Source of the DNA: a virus
Taxonomy: Duplodnaviria; Caudoviricetes
Direction: 5' to 3' (one strand)
IMG/VR virus record: IMGVR_UViG_3300044846_003114
Location: 67,213-131,212 of that record
DNA length: 64,000 bases
Part shown: positions 59,125 to 64,000 of the stretch, piece after piece
Numbering within the stretch: the first letter of the stretch is position 1
How the letters are laid out: each line of letters opens with the position of its first letter
The notes under the pieces: generated by a model
The model's database searches: none
What the model was told of the DNA's origin: nothing
Seen by the model: only the letters and a program-made list of their open reading frames with translations
Program-made: the position numbers and the translations under genes

Positions 59125-59196
59125 CGTTGATGATAGGACTCGAACCTATAATCGTTCGGTTAACAGCCGAAAGCTTCACCATTAAGCTACATCAAC
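59125..59196 (-). tRNA. tRNA-Asn (GTT)
   Basis: TTCGG-CTGTTAA-CCGAA. Confidence 0.92.
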
Positions 59197-59201
59197 AACT
59201 G

Positions 59202-59276
59202 TAGGGTAAAGAGGACTCGAACCTCCATGATACCTTGCTCCCAAAGCAAGTGACTTAGCCATTAGTCCATTACCCT
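59202..59276 (-). tRNA. tRNA-Pro (TGG)
   Basis: CTTGC-TTTGGGA-GCAAG. Confidence 0.9.
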
Positions 59277-59289
59277 ATATGTATAAAAC

Positions 59290-59323
59290 AAAAAACCTCG
59301 AGATTTTTAAGTCCCGAGGTTTT
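59290..59323 (-). terminator. intrinsic terminator (candidate attenuator) directly upstream of the first tRNA
   Basis: AAAACCTCGGGAC-TTAAAAA-TCTCGAGG-TTTTTT on - strand. Confidence 0.75.
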
Positions 59324-59346
59324 CTAATATTTTAAGTTAAACTAAA

Positions 59347-59442
59347 TTAACCAACATCAGTATCATCGAGACATATGTGCATAGGTTGCTCATTCCAATT
59401 TAGTTGGTTTGAAAACGACGTCATGTTTGTTAATTGTCTCAT
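59347..59442 (-). CDS. putative 31-aa leader peptide of the tRNA operon
   Basis: MRQLTNMTSFSNQLNWNEQPMHICLDDTDVG*, downstream of TATCTTTG promoter (~59470) and upstream of the terminator. Confidence 0.55.
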   Translation of the reverse strand: MRQLTNMTSFSNQLNWNEQPMHICLDDTDVG

Positions 59443-59627
59443 TGAATTTAGTTTTATCTTTTTCTCTTACAAAGATAACAATAAATATCTATATAATCAA
59501 GAAAAGTTAATAAAGATTTTTTTTGATTAGTTGCCTGAACGTGATATTTATAAGTGACAAATAAAAAATTATCTCTCTCCTGGCCTTTTTCATATGAAAA
59601 TTGCGGGAGCATTTTAAAAAATTTCAT

Positions 59628-60281
59628 ATGGAAAGAATTAGAACATTATCTCTTAATTTGGGCAATAGATTAGCTCAAGCATTTTTTGTATTAGTTGGGG
59701 TTTGGATTGTATTTGCCCTATGTTTTCAACTATTCTTTGTTTTTTTAGAATTTTCCGGTAGACAAGAAACTGCTACCAAGGTATCAAATTGGATTATGTG
59801 GAGGATTGACGGGACATTCAAAAACTCCCCAGAAAACATTTGGTACGATGCTGATGACCATATTTGGGTTGAAAGTGTAACAAATCAGGTTAAGATTGGT
59901 AAATTGGCTGGTAACAGAAATTTAGCATTTGGAGTTAAAAACATTTTAGAGGAATTTTTACAAGAAAAGGGTTATGATTTATCAGCATCATCTCCATACA
60001 AGTTACAAGTGCAAATTGTTTATTTAGATGTTCTTACAACAAAGAAGAACATATCTGTTTTCCATTCTAATGAGGAAGAGGTGGTTATTAGATTGAAGGG
60101 AATATTGACAAAAGACGGTAAAAAGGAAAAGGAACTTATTGTTGAGGAGTCATCGTCTGAAGTATCGATGTCTACTTTAATTGTTGATGAAGGAGGTACA
60201 TTTAATCAAACTTCTTTAAGTAACGCACTCAAAAAGGCTAGTGAAAAACTAATAAATAAATTAATGGATAAAAATAAATAA
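59628..60281 (+). CDS. membrane-anchored hypothetical protein (CsgG/LptE-like fold possible)
   Basis: N-terminal TM helix; FGVKNILEE.L..KGY...F....S.ALKKA. Confidence 0.65.
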   Translation: MERIRTLSLNLGNRLAQAFFVLVGVWIVFALCFQLFFVFLEFSGRQETATKVSNWIMWRIDGTFKNSPENIWYDADDHIWVESVTNQVKIGKLAGNRNLAFGVKNILEEFLQEKGYDLSASSPYKLQVQIVYLDVLTTKKNISVFHSNEEEVVIRLKGILTKDGKKEKELIVEESSSEVSMSTLIVDEGGTFNQTSLSNALKKASEKLINKLMDKNK

Positions 60282-60282
60282 A

Positions 60283-61929
60283 ATGAAAAAACTACTCTCT
60301 CTTAGCATCTTTTTATTATTCGCCTTTACATCTTACGGTCAATTGACAATTAGTCAATCAATGACACCAGCAACCGGATTAAAGGTAGGAGATACACTTA
60401 CAGTTAGATATAATTTAACAAAAGGTACCGTAATTAAAAACCCACGTTATTTTTGGTTTAGATATCAATTTAACAATAAGGCGTTGTCATATGTTTCTAC
60501 GGTTTTTAACCAAGGAACATCCGCACAAACTTTCTACACAGGTTGGAGTAACTACAAGTTTACTCCTAACGCAACTGTAGATAATAATAGTTTAGATCTT
60601 CAATATGGTTTAACTCCTTGGGGTTATGCTGTAAATGCGGATTGGAATGTTGGTCAACTGACAGTTCAAAGAGCGGACGCATCTATTAGTGGATTAATTG
60701 CAACACAAAAATATGTGTTAAAAGATCAAAACACTTATAATAATATTTTCAAAATAGACTTAGCAACGGGTACAGACACTACCGGTGCAAATGTCGGAAC
60801 AATATTCGGTGGTGGATGGTCTTCTGTTACGAATGTTGTTGGTAATACTTCTCAATTTAAAGTAAAGGTTCTTTATCCACAAGGATATACTATTACTGAC
60901 CATAATGTTCAATTAATGAAATTGAAGACGGATGGTACAATTGATTGGGCGGTTCAACCAATTGCTCAATTACCATTGGATGCAAGTGGTGAGGCTCTTT
61001 TCACAACACAGGTTAAGGTTGGTGATTCAGTTGGTGTATTTGTTGGTCCGGCAATGAATAAAACATGGATGAATAATATTGTAACTGTATCAGATGCATA
61101 TAAAGCGTTTTTAGGACACTCACAAACTGATATTAGTGGAACCGCAAATTTCTTTACTTATCCTACATTAGAAAGAAAAGTAGGTAAAGTTACTAACAAT
61201 AATAACGCATTTGGTGAGGGTGACTCATATGCATTGTTTGCACATGTAATGGGTCAAAATATGGATTCAAATGCAATGATTCCAACTAACACTTCAACAT
61301 CGGTAAGATGGTATAGTGGTTTATTAAATCAAAGTTGGTTGGATGGAGCAGTTAAGAATAAAGTTTTAATTGATTCACCAACAAAAGAGGTGTATGCGGT
61401 ATTTGCATGGGGTGGTGATTTGAACTGGTCACATTCATCAGATCCAGCGGCGATTGCAACCAAAATAACTGCGGGTCAATTTACTAATTCTATAAATGAC
61501 AAAGCCACAAGTTCAATAAAATCTATGAGTACGGCACCAATGGCTTATCAAACTCTTGCGGTTGAAAAGGCAACATTGGGCATAACCTCAACATTAGAAG
61601 GTGGTAAAGTTGTATTAACCACTACATTAACAAAAGAAGGATTGGCAGGTTTACAAGTTGTAATGAATTATGATGAAAGTAAATTGACATTGGACAATGT
61701 AATATTCGATTCAGGAAGTACAATTACAAACTTCTCAACACATAAAGATGGTAGATTAACATTTGGTTCTATTGATCAATTGAAGAGTGCAAGAATTAAG
61801 GTTGGTACTCCGTATAAATTAATCTTTACACCAAAAACAACTTTAAGTAATACCGCTGGTTTATTCTTCTTTGTTTTATCTGATGCTGTTGACGCGAAGG
61901 GAAATAAAGTCGACTTAACCATTGAGTAA
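60283..61929 (+). CDS. secreted protein with cohesin-like and degenerate dockerin-like modules
   Basis: signal peptide; LKVGDTLTV; VTVSDAY; GLQVVMNYD..KLTL.NV. Confidence 0.65.
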   Translation: MKKLLSLSIFLLFAFTSYGQLTISQSMTPATGLKVGDTLTVRYNLTKGTVIKNPRYFWFRYQFNNKALSYVSTVFNQGTSAQTFYTGWSNYKFTPNATVDNNSLDLQYGLTPWGYAVNADWNVGQLTVQRADASISGLIATQKYVLKDQNTYNNIFKIDLATGTDTTGANVGTIFGGGWSSVTNVVGNTSQFKVKVLYPQGYTITDHNVQLMKLKTDGTIDWAVQPIAQLPLDASGEALFTTQVKVGDSVGVFVGPAMNKTWMNNIVTVSDAYKAFLGHSQTDISGTANFFTYPTLERKVGKVTNNNNAFGEGDSYALFAHVMGQNMDSNAMIPTNTSTSVRWYSGLLNQSWLDGAVKNKVLIDSPTKEVYAVFAWGGDLNWSHSSDPAAIATKITAGQFTNSINDKATSSIKSMSTAPMAYQTLAVEKATLGITSTLEGGKVVLTTTLTKEGLAGLQVVMNYDESKLTLDNVIFDSGSTITNFSTHKDGRLTFGSIDQLKSARIKVGTPYKLIFTPKTTLSNTAGLFFFVLSDAVDAKGNKVDLTIE

Positions 61930-61930
61930 T

Positions 61931-64000
61931 ATGAAGAAATTATTAGTAATATGTTTTTTACTAATCTCATTTTTAGGGTTCGGACAGAGTGTATCTGCTC
62001 CGGACTCTAAATCTTTTTTACCATCCACCACTGCACAAGATGGAAGTGGATTCGTATTAAATGGATTTAGTGCAACATCTACTTTGTTAGCATCAATCAG
62101 TTTAATAAATCCATCAACAAATACCACATTCTATCTAACTACAACAACGGGTTTAACCGCAGCAAGTGGATTTACCCTAACGGGTAATAAAACTCGTTTG
62201 GTTGTAACCGGTACGATGTCTAATATCAATACCGCATTATCATCTTTAAAAATAAACACAGGTTCAGTTGTTGGTAATGTTCAATTATCGGTAGCAGCAA
62301 CTGTAAACCCTGTTGGATTTTATTACAATGGAGTAAACGGACACTTTTACAAACCCGTAACCCCCGGTGGTTCTTATACTGCAGCAAGAGCGGCATCATT
62401 ATTAACAACATTCAAAGGACAGACGGGATATTTGGTAACAATAACTTCATCATCAGAAAATGCTTTTATATACGCTAACGTACCACAAGGTAATATATGG
62501 TTTGCAGCAACCGATGAAGTTAAAGATGGTACTTGGGTAATAGATGCGGGACCTGAAAAGGGGACGGTAATGAAGACTTCGAATGGTCAAACAGCGGGAA
62601 ATATAACGGGTGTATATAATAACTGGGCACCGGGTGAACCAAATGGTAATAATGGTAGTGAGAACTACGCGGTAACCAATTGGAATAATCAACCAACTTG
62701 GAATGATTTATCAAACAATTGGACTAATCCATATGTGATTGAATACGGAACTTGGACTAACCCTGATGATGCGACCTTTACTGAATTTTATACCAATAGT
62801 GTAACTCATTCAAATGGAGAAGTATTAAGAGCATCATTCAATGTTGATTTTGGAACTAATATAGATGAAACTAAATTTTCAGCAAAAGGATACACATACA
62901 CAAATAACAATTGGAATGTGGTAAACGGAACCGCTAGACAATTGAGTGGTTTGGGTAAAGTTGATTTGACAAGTTTGTTGGATACTGCTAAGGTTTCAAA
63001 TGGTGGAATTAGAGCAACAACGTCTGCCGGACAAGTTGAATGGGCAATAATAAATCCATATAATTCAACTTTAGGTGGTCATCAATTGTTAATAGACGAA
63101 AGAGAATTTGATGGAACTGGTGTATCTCCAAGCAATATAACATCGATTAAATTATTTGACATATATGATGGACCAGTTACTGTTAATAGTGTAAGTGGTT
63201 TTTGGAAAACCTATATAATGCCTGGTAATTTGACAACTAAAATAACTTCATCTACATTTCAATCTCAATTGAGATTACAAGATGGTTGGTATGGAACGAA
63301 AGCTGAATTTACATTCTCACCAATATTATCATACAAACCACATGGAATAGAATTAACACATTCAAATCAAACGGAACTAAACACTTTGTATAATAGTATT
63401 GTGACCGTATCGGATGTGTTTTTGGCATTTAAAGAATTGGCAGATAAAGGTATATTAGGAAATCAAAGTGGATTGGGATTAACAAACGGTATTCAGTATT
63501 TGAACGCAGATGTGGATGGTAATGGTGTGTTTGATGAAAGTGATACATACAAACTATTACAACATCTAACAGGTGTTCAATCACTTTCACAATCTACAGC
63601 ATTAACTTATTTAATGAAGTTATACAATAAATCAGATTATGACGCCATAACAACATCAAATTGGGGGACTCAATTTAATTCAACTCGTAACTTGATTCCA
63701 TTTACATTAGGTAGTTTAAATAATACATACAATATAAGTGTAAGTTGGTTAGGTGATGTAAACCTATCTCATTCCGCCCAACAAAGTACAAGTAGTGTTA
63801 GTAGTAATTCTATTAGAACTATGAGTTTGAGTACCAATTCAGTCCCTAATCAAATCAATGCATACCTAATAGGCGAAAATGTTGAAGGTAAATTAGTAGT
63901 AACGATTTCGGTAGACCCTTTACAACAAGAGGTAGTTGGTACTCAATTTAACTTAAACTATGATAACACAGCATTAAAGTTTGAAAAGGTAGAATTCACC
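61931..64000 (+). CDS. large secreted protein with C-type lectin, dockerin and cohesin-like modules (truncated by window end)
   Basis: MKKLLVICFLLISFLGFGQ signal; GYLVTITS..EN.FI...W....D...G.W...YNNWA.GEPN...E.YA...WNDL; ADVDGNGVFDESD; VVGTQFNLNYD. Confidence 0.8.
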   Translation, partial: MKKLLVICFLLISFLGFGQSVSAPDSKSFLPSTTAQDGSGFVLNGFSATSTLLASISLINPSTNTTFYLTTTTGLTAASGFTLTGNKTRLVVTGTMSNINTALSSLKINTGSVVGNVQLSVAATVNPVGFYYNGVNGHFYKPVTPGGSYTAARAASLLTTFKGQTGYLVTITSSSENAFIYANVPQGNIWFAATDEVKDGTWVIDAGPEKGTVMKTSNGQTAGNITGVYNNWAPGEPNGNNGSENYAVTNWNNQPTWNDLSNNWTNPYVIEYGTWTNPDDATFTEFYTNSVTHSNGEVLRASFNVDFGTNIDETKFSAKGYTYTNNNWNVVNGTARQLSGLGKVDLTSLLDTAKVSNGGIRATTSAGQVEWAIINPYNSTLGGHQLLIDEREFDGTGVSPSNITSIKLFDIYDGPVTVNSVSGFWKTYIMPGNLTTKITSSTFQSQLRLQDGWYGTKAEFTFSPILSYKPHGIELTHSNQTELNTLYNSIVTVSDVFLAFKELADKGILGNQSGLGLTNGIQYLNADVDGNGVFDESDTYKLLQHLTGVQSLSQSTALTYLMKLYNKSDYDAITTSNWGTQFNSTRNLIPFTLGSLNNTYNISVSWLGDVNLSHSAQQSTSSVSSNSIRTMSLSTNSVPNQINAYLIGENVEGKLVVTISVDPLQQEVVGTQFNLNYDNTALKFEKVEFT

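Larger units (their letters stand above)
12365..59552. promoter_or_regulatory. recurrent phage late-promoter-like motif TATTTATA (sense), often 4-5 nt before ATG
   Basis: sense copies at 12365, 13638(-), 15447, 16791, 17519, 21646, 22277, 27928(-), 29641(-), 35815, 46212, 47256, 47537, 51211, 57771(-), 59545. Confidence 0.75.

Noticed and set aside
58940-59182. 80-aa ORF
   Set aside because: Overlaps four tRNA genes
1-64000. Stop-codon reassignment
   Set aside because: Genes are full length in the standard code, TAG and TGA both end genes at natural boundaries, and no suppressor tRNA is present

Overview
AT-rich segment of a very large lytic dsDNA phage, inferred to infect Bacteroidota. The host inference rests on host-type TAnnTTTG/TTTG promoters, a Bacteroidota-type TonB-dependent receptor and complementarity to the Bacteroidota 16S 3' end. 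The standard genetic code fits. (1) 1-12.2 kb: minus-strand early region of about 14 autonomous promoter-gene(s)-terminator cassettes. Their non-coding spacers carry about 45-50 phased, convergently oriented TTACTGGG/CCCAGTAA boxes and dense clusters of restriction-site-like palindromes. (2) 12.4-36.8 kb: mostly late-type genes behind a TATTTATA motif, many with shared MKL.D...E or MKI..TE.QL leaders. They include two kinase-like proteins, a DUF262-HNH protein, a lipase, homing-type nucleases, a GH19 endolysin and a TonB receptor/nuclease module. (3) 36.9-45.1 kb: glycosyl/methyltransferase cluster. (4) 45-53.6 kb: probable virion proteins, a candidate anti-Shine-Dalgarno-binding sRNA and tmRNA. 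(5) 53.7-59.5 kb: an ~800-nt GOLLD-like RNA and a tRNA cluster of 12 regular tRNAs, one degenerate Met-like tRNA and one Asp-like tRNA with an 82-nt variable arm. The cluster is headed by a candidate leader-peptide attenuator whose codons match the downstream tRNAs. (6) 59.6-64 kb: secreted cohesin/dockerin/C-type-lectin proteins. All family calls are from motif recognition by eye, and counts are manual.
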